A stretch of 30,413 nt of DNA from Acidimicrobiia bacterium. Its GTDB lineage: Bacteria > Actinomycetota > Acidimicrobiia > Acidimicrobiales > Ilumatobacteraceae. Location: contig JACDHN010000001.1 of the NCBI GenBank assembly GCA_013821025.1, forward strand, positions 1 to 30,413, in the 5' to 3' direction. The position numbers and the translations under genes are program-made. Below the pieces are notes generated by a model. The model did not search any database and was not told where the DNA came from. It saw nothing but the letters and a program-made list of their open reading frames with translations. This document shows positions 1 through 9,306 of this stretch, one piece after another; positions within the stretch are counted from its first letter, which is position 1, and the number at the start of each line of letters is the position of its first letter.

Positions 1-767
1 GGTCGCAGCCGGGTCGTGAAGCCAGCGCCGAAGAACGCCTTCGTGAACGCCTCGATCGTGCCGGCCAGATGCGCCATGGTGATGCCTTCGTCGACGACGA
101 GTCCCTCGATCTGGTGGAAGACCGGCATGTGGGTGGCGTCGGGCGTGTCGCGGCGGTACGCCCGGCCGGGCGCGACGATGTAGATGGGCGGCTCCTGGGC
201 GAGCATGGCGCGTAGCTGGACGGGAGATGTATGAGTGCGCAGCACGGTCGACCCGAGCGTGCCACCTGGCGGCACGTGATCGGTGAACAGCGTGTCGAAC
301 TCATTGCGGGCCGGGTGGTTGGCTCCCATGTTCAGCGCCTCGAAGTTGTGCCACTCCGTCTCGACCTCGGGTCCTTCGGCGATCTGGAAGCCCATCCCGA
401 CGAACAGATCTTCGAGCCGCTCCCACGCCTGGGTCACGAGATGGGCATGGCCACGGCCCGGTCGCGACGTGACCTCGGTGAGGTCGATGCGCTCGGCCTC
501 GATGCGCTCGGCCTCCTCGGCCCGACGCAGATCCTCGCCACGCGCTGTGGCGGCAACCTCGACGGCGGTGACGGCCTCGTGAAGGGCTTGGCCCGCGACC
601 CGCTTATCGTCCAACGTCGCCAGGCGGCCGAGGGCGGACTTCAGCGTGGCCAGGTCGCCCTTCTTGCCGAGCAGCTCGGATTGGAGACGCGTGACGTGGT
701 CAAGCGTGTCGGCGTCGTCGAGACGTTTCAACGCTGCGTCGCGCGCGGCATGGATGTCGTCGATCAT
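1..767 (-). CDS. pheS: Phenylalanine--tRNA ligase alpha subunit (partial, runs off the window start)
   Basis: Manual translation from ATG at 767 (SD GAAGGA upstream): MIDDIHAARDAALKRL...GHAHLVTQAW...EGPEVETEWHNFEALNMGANHPARNEFDTLF...LRTHTSPVQ...PGRAYRRDTPDATHMPVFHQIEGLVVD. Absent from the ORF track because its stop lies outside the window. Confidence 0.97.
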   Translation of the reverse strand, partial: MIDDIHAARDAALKRLDDADTLDHVTRLQSELLGKKGDLATLKSALGRLATLDDKRVAGQALHEAVTAVEVAATARGEDLRRAEEAERIEAERIDLTEVTSRPGRGHAHLVTQAWERLEDLFVGMGFQIAEGPEVETEWHNFEALNMGANHPARNEFDTLFTDHVPPGGTLGSTVLRTHTSPVQLRAMLAQEPPIYIVAPGRAYRRDTPDATHMPVFHQIEGLVVDEGITMAHLAGTIEAFTKAFFGAGFTTRLR

Positions 768-801
768 CGGAGTCCTTCGTTCACGGGCGAATCGGCTGGC
801 T

Positions 802-1236
802 CTATCCGGCGGCACCGAGTTGGCGGATGATGGTGGACGTGTCGAAATAGATGCGCTCGCAGACCAGCCGGTCCTCTTCGAACAGGAACAGGGCGACCAT
901 CTGGCACTCGAACGTGCGGCCCGTCGGCGGGATGTCATCCAGGCCCGGGAAGGGCCCGAGGTGCGTGCCGCGCAGGACGAACTCGGCCGCCACACCGTCA
1001 TCCATGTGATGAAGGGCCAGCACCTCGTTGCGCTGATCGGGAAACGGTCGGCGCGACGCCCGGAAGTAGCCAGCCACCGCCTCGGCGCCGTCGAACACCC
1101 GTCCGGTCCCGATCAGCTCGTAGCGGGGACGGTCGAACGTCGCCAGCGCCCGGTCGAAGTCGAGATCGTTCTCAGCCTCCATGTGCTCCCGGACGATCGC
1201 TTCGCGCGCCTCCCGCCACTCCCCTGCCCCGGCCAT
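802..1236 (-). CDS. SnoaL-like / ester cyclase family protein (NTF2-like fold), 144 aa
   Basis: AIVREHMEAEN...FPDQRNEV...EFVLRGTHLGPF..IPPTGRTFECQMVALFLFEEDRLVCERIYFD. Start moved from 1269 to ATG 1236, which follows a TAACTT box by 7 nt. Confidence 0.85.
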   Translation of the reverse strand: MAGAGEWREAREAIVREHMEAENDLDFDRALATFDRPRYELIGTGRVFDGAEAVAGYFRASRRPFPDQRNEVLALHHMDDGVAAEFVLRGTHLGPFPGLDDIPPTGRTFECQMVALFLFEEDRLVCERIYFDTSTIIRQLGAAG

Positions 1237-1243
1237 GGCGACG

Positions 1244-1249
1244 AAGTTA
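1244..1249 (-). promoter_or_regulatory. Putative -10 box (TAACTT) for a leaderless SnoaL transcript
   Basis: TANNNT 7 nt upstream of ATG 1236; no SD visible. Confidence 0.5.
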
Positions 1250-1265
1250 GCCAATCTCGCCCGGC

Positions 1266-2054
1266 TCAATCCGGTGGGCCGGCGGAGGCGATGGCAGTCG
1301 CTTCGGCGATCGTGGTGCCGGGAAGCAGCTCGGGGATCAGCCAGGTCGCTCCGGCCGCCGCCAGCTCGCCGGGATCATCGTGCGTGCCGCCGACGAGCAC
1401 CACCTCGAGCTGGTCGAGCCCGTGGGCGCTCGACTCCGCCCTCACCGTCTCCGCGTGCTCAGGCAGCCACTCGCCGCCGCCCACGATCGCAACACCCTCC
1501 AATCCGTGGCGCGCCGCCCGTCGTGGTCCTGCCGACTTGCCTGCCGAGCCGGCGACCCAGATGGGACAGCGAGGCCGTTGCGTGCAGGCCACGGTCGTGC
1601 GCCGGTTCCCTGCTGCCGGGACCGGCTCGCCGGCGAGTGCCGGCAACAGAAACTCGAGACCGTCATCGAGACGGTTTGCACGAGCCTTGGCGTCGTCGCC
1701 AAGGTCGTCACCGACGTCCGAGTATTCGCCGTAGCGGTCATGGCCGAGCCCAAGGCCGAGCGTCAACCGACCACCCGACAGGCGATCGACGCTCGACGCC
1801 TGCTGAGCGACGACCGCAGGACGGCGTCTCGGAAGCGGCGTCACCAGCGGGCCGATCCTCACGAGGGACGTCGCCAGGGCGATCGCCGACAGCGTGACGA
1901 ACGGATCGGCGAACGGTGCTCCGTCGCGGTGCCACAGGTGGTCCCACACGAACACGCCGTCCCAACCGGCGTTCTCTGCGGCAGCCGCCACGCTGGCGAC
2001 GGCGTTCGGGTCGGCAAGCTCACCTCCCAGCGAGACGGACAACCCCCAGTGCAC
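1266..2054 (-). CDS. LLM-class (luciferase-like) flavin/F420-dependent oxidoreductase, 262 aa
   Basis: AENAGWDGVFVWDH...DPFVTLSAIALATSLVRIGPLVTPLPRRRPAVVAQQASSVDRLSGGRLTLGLGLG. GTG start at 2054; the ORF-track N-terminal extension is intergenic sequence. Confidence 0.9.
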   Translation of the reverse strand: MHWGLSVSLGGELADPNAVASVAAAAENAGWDGVFVWDHLWHRDGAPFADPFVTLSAIALATSLVRIGPLVTPLPRRRPAVVAQQASSVDRLSGGRLTLGLGLGHDRYGEYSDVGDDLGDDAKARANRLDDGLEFLLPALAGEPVPAAGNRRTTVACTQRPRCPIWVAGSAGKSAGPRRAARHGLEGVAIVGGGEWLPEHAETVRAESSAHGLDQLEVVLVGGTHDDPGELAAAGATWLIPELLPGTTIAEATAIASAGPPD

Positions 2055-2060
2055 GGCGGA

Positions 2061-2066
2061 ACCGTA
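2061..2066 (-). promoter_or_regulatory. Putative -10 box (TACGGT) for a leaderless LLM transcript
   Basis: TANNNT 6 nt upstream of GTG 2054. Confidence 0.5.
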
Positions 2067-2129
2067 TCGCCCGAACGGCGTGCCGCCTGGTTTCCGGCAG
2101 GCGTTCGCGTTGAACAGGGTCCCCAGCGA

Positions 2130-2238
2130 TAACCTCGTGCCCGGCCACGCCACGGGTACCGATCCGGTGCCGGCCCTGATCCTTCCCGGTCCACATTCGA
2201 GCGCGGCACCGTGGCCGCGCCCATACGCAGGAGACATC
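2130..2238 (+). promoter_or_regulatory. Putative hppA -10 box (TAACCT, 2130-2135) and structured ~97-nt 5' UTR
   Basis: TAACCT, then CGGCCACG (2142-2149) complementary to CGTGGCCG (2210-2217), inner hairpin 2155-2171, and SD AGGAG before GTG 2239. Confidence 0.4.
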
Positions 2239-4607
<2,369 letters not shown>

Positions 4608-4608
<1 letters not shown>

Positions 4609-5345
4609 TGCTGGCATCGCTCCTCGCTATCGGGCCTGAGTTCTTGAAGCCGGAGTGGTGGTTCGACAAGGCCGGTCCTGCGGCCTTGCCCGTGGTGACG
4701 GCGATCATCTTCGCCGAATCGGGACTGCTGATCGGCTTCTTCCTGCCAGGCGATTCGTTGCTGTTCTTCACCGGTTTCCTCACGTCGTCGGCAGCCCAGG
4801 CCGAGGCTCCGTTCGATGAGTTCGCCCAGCACATGCCTGCGCTCCCGATCGTGCTGGTGTGCCTGGCGGTGGCGGCCATCATCGGCGACCAGGTCGGTTA
4901 TGCGTTCGGCCGGAAGGTCGGCCCTGCGCTGTTCAACCGCCCGAACTCGCGGCTGTTCAAGCAGGAGAACGTGGCGAAGGCGCACAACTTCTTCGAGAGA
5001 TACGGACCGAAGTCGATCGTGCTGGCGCGATTCGTGCCGATCGTGCGCACCTTCACACCGATCGTCGCCGGCATCGGCGAGATGCGTTACCGGACGTTCG
5101 TCACGTACAACATGGTCGGTGGCCTGATCTGGGCTGTCGGAGTCACGTCGTTGGGGCACTTCCTCGGCGAGGTCGAGTTCATCCGCGACAACATCGAGTT
5201 CGCCATCGTGGCGGTCGTCCTGGTGTCGATCCTGCCCGTCGCCATCGAACTGTACCGCGCCCGCCGCCATCGGCATCCGCAGACCCCCCTCGCCGAGGCG
5301 TTCCAGGAGATCGACGAGATCATCGAGGACGAACCGCAGCGCTAA
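4608..5345 (+). CDS. dedA: DedA/VTT-domain membrane protein
   Basis: IIFAESGLLIGFFLPGDSLLF...IIGDQVGY.FGR...FFERYGPKSIVLARFVPIVRTF. TGATG overlap with the hppA stop. Confidence 0.93.
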
Positions 5346-6127
5346 CGGGTTGACGAGCGCGTTCGCGTCGCCTCGAAGCACAGCAGCGTCGCAGCCATGG
5401 CCACGTTGAGGCTCTCGGAGCGGCCATGGTGTTCGATGCGCACCCACTCCGTCACTGGGGCGTCGTCGTCCAGCCCGTGGGTCTCGTTGCCGATGACGAT
5501 CGCTACGGGGCCGCTCCAGTCGATCTCCGTGTGCGGCGTGCCGCGGTGCGATGACGCCCCGAGCAGGCGCCGTCCCCACGTGCCCAGCTGGTCGAGCGCG
5601 GCCGACGCGACCGGCACGTGGAACAGGGCGCCTGCGGAGGCCCTGACGACCTTCGGGTTGAACACGTCCACGGAACCAGGCGTCGTCACCACGGCGCCGG
5701 CACCGGCCGCCTCGGCCGAGCGCAGCACCGTGCCCAGGTTGCCTGGATCGGCGACCCGGTCGGCGATCACCACCAGCGCGGCCTTGTCGATGTCTTCGAG
5801 CGTCACGGTCCGGATCCGCACTGCGGCGAGTACCGGACGCGGTGTCTCCGTGGAGGCCACCCGCTCCAGCACACCTGGCGCCAGTCGGTGCCACTCGACC
5901 CCGGCGACAGCCAGGTCGAGCGGGGCACCGTCGCCCAGGTACGCCGCCTCGAGCTCCCAGCCTGCGGCTACGGCCTCGGCGATGAGCGCTGGGCCCTCCA
6001 CGACGAACGCCCCCTCCTCGAGACGCGAGCTGCGGCGCCCGATCAGGCGCCGCAGCCGTTGAATCTTGGGGTGGTCGAAGCGCAGCGGCTCGCTAGCGCT
6101 GGCGCGACCGGCACTGCGCTCGATCAG
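5342..6127 (-). CDS. TrmH/SpoU-family RNA 2'-O-methyltransferase (start codon uncertain: CTG 6127, ATC 6124 or CTG 6085)
   Basis: [10 protein letters not shown]...[64 protein letters not shown]. No in-frame ATG/GTG/TTG between the rplT stop and GTG 6001. Confidence 0.9.
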   Translation of the reverse strand: MIERSAGRASASEPLRFDHPKIQRLRRLIGRRSSRLEEGAFVVEGPALIAEAVAAGWELEAAYLGDGAPLDLAVAGVEWHRLAPGVLERVASTETPRPVLAAVRIRTVTLEDIDKAALVVIADRVADPGNLGTVLRSAEAAGAGAVVTTPGSVDVFNPKVVRASAGALFHVPVASAALDQLGTWGRRLLGASSHRGTPHTEIDWSGPVAIVIGNETHGLDDDAPVTEWVRIEHHGRSESLNVAMAATLLCFEATRTRSSTR

Positions 6128-6477
6128 TACGCCGCCTTGGCTGCTTCGACGAGCCGAGCGAACGCGGCGGTGTCGGTCACGGCGAGGTCGGCCAGGATCT
6201 TGCGATCGACGTCGATCTCGGCCACCCGCAGACCGGCGATGAACCGGCTGTAGGAGATGCCGTTCTGACGGCAGGCAGCGTTGATCCGCTGGATCCACAG
6301 CCGGCGGAACTCTCCCTTGCGAGCCCGGCGATCGCGAAAGGCGTACTGCCCGCTGCGCATCAGCTGCTCGTTGGCCGCCCGGAACGAACGACTCTTGTTG
6401 CCGTAGTAGCCCTTGGCCTGCTTCAGCACCTTCTTGTGGCGTCGTTTGGCGACGACGCCGCGCTTCACACGCGCCAT
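6124..6477 (-). CDS. rplT: 50S ribosomal protein L20
   Basis: [26 protein letters not shown]...[19 protein letters not shown]; SD AAGGAG. Confidence 0.99.
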   Translation of the reverse strand: MARVKRGVVAKRRHKKVLKQAKGYYGNKSRSFRAANEQLMRSGQYAFRDRRARKGEFRRLWIQRINAACRQNGISYSRFIAGLRVAEIDVDRKILADLAVTDTAAFARLVEAAKAAY

Positions 6478-6506
6478 CTCAGTCTCCTTGTCGTTTCAGC
6501 CCGTAC

Positions 6507-6704
6507 TCAGCGCTCGCCCAGCAGGCGCCTGATCTTCTTCTCGTCACCGTCGTGCACGCCGACGTAGCCGTCGAGGCGACGGGTCCGAGTGGACGGCTTC
6601 TTCTCGAACAGGTGCTGGCGCATCGCCTGTTGGCGCTGCAGCTTGCCCGTCCCGGTCTTGCGGAAGCGCTTGGCTGCTGTCTTGCTGGTCTTCATCTTCG
6701 GCAT
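6507..6704 (-). CDS. rpmI: 50S ribosomal protein L35
   Basis: MPKMKTSKTAAKRFRKTGTGK...HLFEKKPS; lies between infC and rplT. Confidence 0.98.
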   Translation of the reverse strand: MPKMKTSKTAAKRFRKTGTGKLQRQQAMRQHLFEKKPSTRTRRLDGYVGVHDGDEKKIRRLLGER

Positions 6705-6717
6705 GGTTTGTCTGCTC

Positions 6718-7332
6718 TCACGTCTCGTTTGCGCCGTCGCTCACGGTCTCTGGGGCCGTCTCTTCGTTCTCTTCGTTCTCCTCGGCCGCCTTGGCCTCGG
6801 CGTCGATGGCCTTACGATCGGGAGCCAACACCATGGACATGTTGCGCCCTTCGAGGCGGGCTTGAGTCTCGACCTTGACGATGTCACCGACCACGTTGAG
6901 CACGTCGTCGAGGATCTTCGTCCCGAGTTCGGGATGGGCCATCTCACGCCCCCTGAACTGCAACGTGACCTTGACCTTGTGGCCCTCGCGGATGAACTCG
7001 TTCAGCTTGCGCACCTTCGTGGAGAAGTCGCCGCGCCCGATCTTGGGACGGAACTTGACCTCCTTGACCGTCACATTGATCTGCTTCTTGCGTGACTCCT
7101 TGGCTTTTTGCGCCTCTTCGTACCGGAACTTCCCGTAGTCCATGATCCGGCAGACCGGCGGGTTCGCCATCGGAGCCACCTCGACGAGGTCGAGATCGAG
7201 GCTCTTGGACATCCGCAGGGCGTCCGGTAGCGCTTTGATACCGAGCTGATCACCGTCGGGTCCGATCAGTCGAACCTCTCGAGCTCGGATCCGATCGTTG
7301 ATGCGGTGTTGTTCGGTCTGTCGCGTTGCTAT
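6718..7332 (-). CDS. infC: Translation initiation factor IF-3, non-canonical ATA start, 204 aa
   Basis: The frame extends 40 codons upstream of the ORF-track ATG (IATRQTEQHRINDRIRAREVRLIGPDGDQLGIK) to ATA 7332-7330, with SD AGGAG 9 nt upstream. Also DLVEVAPMANPPVCRIMDYGKF, KEVKFRPKI, FRGRE. Confidence 0.96.
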   Translation of the reverse strand: MATRQTEQHRINDRIRAREVRLIGPDGDQLGIKALPDALRMSKSLDLDLVEVAPMANPPVCRIMDYGKFRYEEAQKAKESRKKQINVTVKEVKFRPKIGRGDFSTKVRKLNEFIREGHKVKVTLQFRGREMAHPELGTKILDDVLNVVGDIVKVETQARLEGRNMSMVLAPDRKAIDAEAKAAEENEENEETAPETVSDGANET

Positions 7333-7560
7333 GACAGGTCACTCCTGTGCAATGGGTGTTCCCTCCCGTAGGTGGATCTGGTCGTTCGACGCGAAGTTGG
7401 CATCAACATGCCACACCTGGCGGAGCGACCCGAAACGACACCGGAACACCGACGGCGACGGGCGCCGGCGAGAGTGCGGTGAGGCCCGGACGTGCCGTCG
7501 TCCCGAGCGCACCCGCTGGTGGCCGGGAGGGGGTTGCCCCCACTTCGCCTCTGCTATGTC
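7333..7560 (-). promoter_or_regulatory. Structured infC 5' leader, candidate L20-binding ribosomal leader
   Basis: P1 GAGGC (7551-7547)/GCCUC (7485-7481) encloses GAAGU, a GGGG-GCAA-CCCC hairpin, UCCCG (7528-7524)/CGGGA (7505-7501) with inner CACC/GGUG, and GACG-GCA-CGUC. Further hairpins lie at 7413-7398 and 7348-7334 (over the SD). Confidence 0.55.
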
Positions 7561-7565
7561 GTCGG

Positions 7566-7572
7566 TAGGGTA
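7566..7572. promoter_or_regulatory. Overlapping divergent -10 boxes: TAGGGT (+, DUF1844) and TACCCT (-, infC leader)
   Basis: TAGGGTA gives TANNNT on both strands; the + box is 7 nt before GTG 7579 and the - box lies just upstream of the infC leader structure. Confidence 0.55.
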
Positions 7573-7578
7573 CCGCAT

Positions 7579-7878
7579 GTGACGGACGAAACCACCGGGC
7601 TGGACGACGCCCGTGCCGCGCTCGACGACGCTCGGCGACGGTTGGCCGAGGTGCCTGCGGAAGTCGTCGTGGCGAATCACGCAATGGGTCTCTACGAGCT
7701 CGCCGCCCTCCACCTCGCCGCCGAGCCGCCAAACCTGACCGGCGCCCAACTCGCCATCGATGCCGTGCGGGCGCTCGTAGAAGGCCTGGGCGATCGCCTC
7801 GGCACCGACGCCGACACGTTGCGCGCCGCCGTCGCCAACATCCAGATGGCCTACGTCGAGATCGCCCGCGACGCGTAG
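7579..7878 (+). CDS. DUF1844-like actinobacterial protein, 99 aa
   Basis: RRRLAEVPAEVVVANHAMGLYELAALHL...AQLAIDAVRALVEGLGDRLG...LRAAVANIQMAYVE. Divergent from infC, the usual position of this family in Actinomycetota. Confidence 0.85.
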   Translation: MTDETTGLDDARAALDDARRRLAEVPAEVVVANHAMGLYELAALHLAAEPPNLTGAQLAIDAVRALVEGLGDRLGTDADTLRAAVANIQMAYVEIARDA

Positions 7879-8172
7879 TCATCGTCGGGCGAAGCGACCG
7901 ACGGGGGCGTCGACGACGCGGCCGTCGTGCACGAGCACACCCTCGGCTCGCAGCAGCGCCGACTGCTCGCCGCGGTTCGCCGGAGACAGCCGGCCGTCGG
8001 AGTACACCACCCGCCACCACGGCAGATCAGCGCCGCTGCGGGCCAGGATCCGGCCCACGGCGCGCGCGGCGCGGGGCCGACCGGCGACGGCGGCCACATC
8101 TCCGTAGCTGACCACCTCACCGGCGCCGAGCATTGCGATGACCCTGATCAGGTCGTCGTCGAAGCTCGTCAC
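7879..8172 (-). CDS. Alkyltransferase-like (ATL/YbaZ, MGMT-family DNA-binding) protein, 97 aa
   Basis: GEVVSYGDVAAVAGRPRAARAVGRIL...LPWWRVVYSDGRL...QSALLRAEGV. The active-site PCHRV motif is replaced by PWWRV. Confidence 0.9.
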   Translation of the reverse strand: MTSFDDDLIRVIAMLGAGEVVSYGDVAAVAGRPRAARAVGRILARSGADLPWWRVVYSDGRLSPANRGEQSALLRAEGVLVHDGRVVDAPVGRFARR

Positions 8173-8399
8173 GGACCGTCGAGGCGCACGATGCCGAACG
8201 CCTCGTGGCGGCCGAGCTTGGCTCGCACGCCGAAAACGACGGCGGCACCGACAGGGAGGGCGCGCGAGCCGTCGGCGATGTCGACGCAGTGAAACTCGTG
8301 CGCGGCACCATCGTGCTCGGCGACGATGCCCAGCCCAACTGCCTCGTCGAAAGCCTCGACCCGGCCGCGGCGAGTGCTGGAGATGACGTTGATGGTCAG
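8169..8399 (-). CDS. Small cold-shock-domain-like (OB-fold) protein, 76 aa, putative CTG start; not in the ORF track
   Basis: Manual translation: LTINVISSTRRGRVEAFDEAVGLGIVAEHDGAAHEFHCVDIADGSRALPVGAAVVFGVRAKLGRHEAFGIVRLDGP*. Strong G/C third-position bias; CTGA overlap with the hisG stop and GTGA overlap with the ATL start. Confidence 0.72.
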   Translation of the reverse strand: MTINVISSTRRGRVEAFDEAVGLGIVAEHDGAAHEFHCVDIADGSRALPVGAAVVFGVRAKLGRHEAFGIVRLDGP

Positions 8400-9268
8400 T
8401 GGACGATCTTGCTGATCGACAGCTCGAGCAGGTCGGTGGCACCCGCCTCGAGCACTGCAGGGATGATGATGTTGACCTTGGCCTTGTCGACCACGGTCTC
8501 GACGGCGAAGCCACCGTTGGCGAGTTGGCCGATGGTCGGCGACTTGGCCGACGGGAGGACGGCCAGCACGGCATCGAGCTGCTCGGCGCTCACGTTGAGC
8601 TTGAGCAACACCTTGCCCCTGGCATCGAGCGCTCCGTTGAGCAGCACCATGATCTGGTCCATGGCGCGGCGCTTGTCGGGATCCTCGAACGAGGTCGGGT
8701 TCGCCACGACCTCGGTGTACGAGGTCAGGATCGTGTCGATGACGCGTAGCCCGGCGGCGCGCAGCGCCCTGCCCGTCTCGGTGATGTCGACCACGGCGTC
8801 GGCGATGTCGGGCACCTTGGCCTCGCTGGCACCGTAGCTGAGGCGCACGTCGGCCTCGATCCCCTGGGCGGCGAAGAACCGCTTCGTCAGCTCCGGGTAC
8901 TCCGACGACACCCGCACTCCCTGGGGTAAGTCGCTCGTGCGTTGCACGTCGGAATCGGCAGCCACGGCGACGACCACCTTGATCGGATCGGTCGTGGCTT
9001 TGGAGTAGGCCAGCTCGCCGAGGCTGATGACGTGACTGCTCGTCTCCTCGACCCAGTCACGTCCCGTGATGCCCACGTCGAACAGGCCCTCGGCCACGTA
9101 CGCAGGGATCTCCTGGGGCCTCAGGATGCGCACCTCGTCGATGCGCGGGTCGTTGATCGACGCCGAGTACTGCACGTCCGAGGGGCGCCGCACACTGAGG
9201 TCGGCGGCGTCGAACAGCTCCATCGTCGCCCGTTCGAGCGAGCCCTTCGGCAGCACCAGTCGCAGCAC
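8396..9268 (-). CDS. hisG: ATP phosphoribosyltransferase, long form, 290 aa
   Basis: VLRLVLPKGSLE...LRPQEIPAYVAEGLFDVGITGRDW...YGASEAKVPDIADAVVDITETGRALR, followed by the C-terminal regulatory domain (SPTIGQL...AVETVV). Confidence 0.97.
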   Translation of the reverse strand: MLRLVLPKGSLERATMELFDAADLSVRRPSDVQYSASINDPRIDEVRILRPQEIPAYVAEGLFDVGITGRDWVEETSSHVISLGELAYSKATTDPIKVVVAVAADSDVQRTSDLPQGVRVSSEYPELTKRFFAAQGIEADVRLSYGASEAKVPDIADAVVDITETGRALRAAGLRVIDTILTSYTEVVANPTSFEDPDKRRAMDQIMVLLNGALDARGKVLLKLNVSAEQLDAVLAVLPSAKSPTIGQLANGGFAVETVVDKAKVNIIIPAVLEAGATDLLELSISKIVH

Positions 9269-9275
9269 GGGCGGG

Positions 9276-9306
9276 ACGTTACCGGAGGCCGCCGAGCGAG
9301 CGTCAA
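9276..9306 (-). promoter_or_regulatory. Putative hisG promoter: TTGACG (9306-9301), 19 nt, TAACGT (9281-9276), leaderless GTG
   Basis: Both hexamers are visible; the -10 is 7 nt before GTG 9268; the -35 overlaps the mog stop codon. Confidence 0.6.

Noticed and set aside
484-515. 15-bp tandem repeat TCGATGCGCTCGGCC x2 in pheS
   Set aside because: In frame (AERIEAERID) in the helical linker of PheS; only two copies and not a CRISPR or VNTR.
768-801. Possible T-box or pheM-type attenuator upstream of pheS
   Set aside because: Only 34 nt of intergenic space, with no Phe-rich leader peptide or T-box motif.
231-1897. Plus-strand ORFs 231..830, 646..1734 and 1181..1897
   Set aside because: Antisense shadows of pheS, SnoaL and LLM, with no family motifs; long stop-free antisense frames are expected at this GC content.
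5342-5345. Intrinsic terminators at the convergent junctions dedA/trmH, DUF1844/ATL and methyltransferase/priA
   Set aside because: The stop codons overlap or abut, and the 25-nt gap at 11837-11861 has no convincing hairpin plus U-tract.
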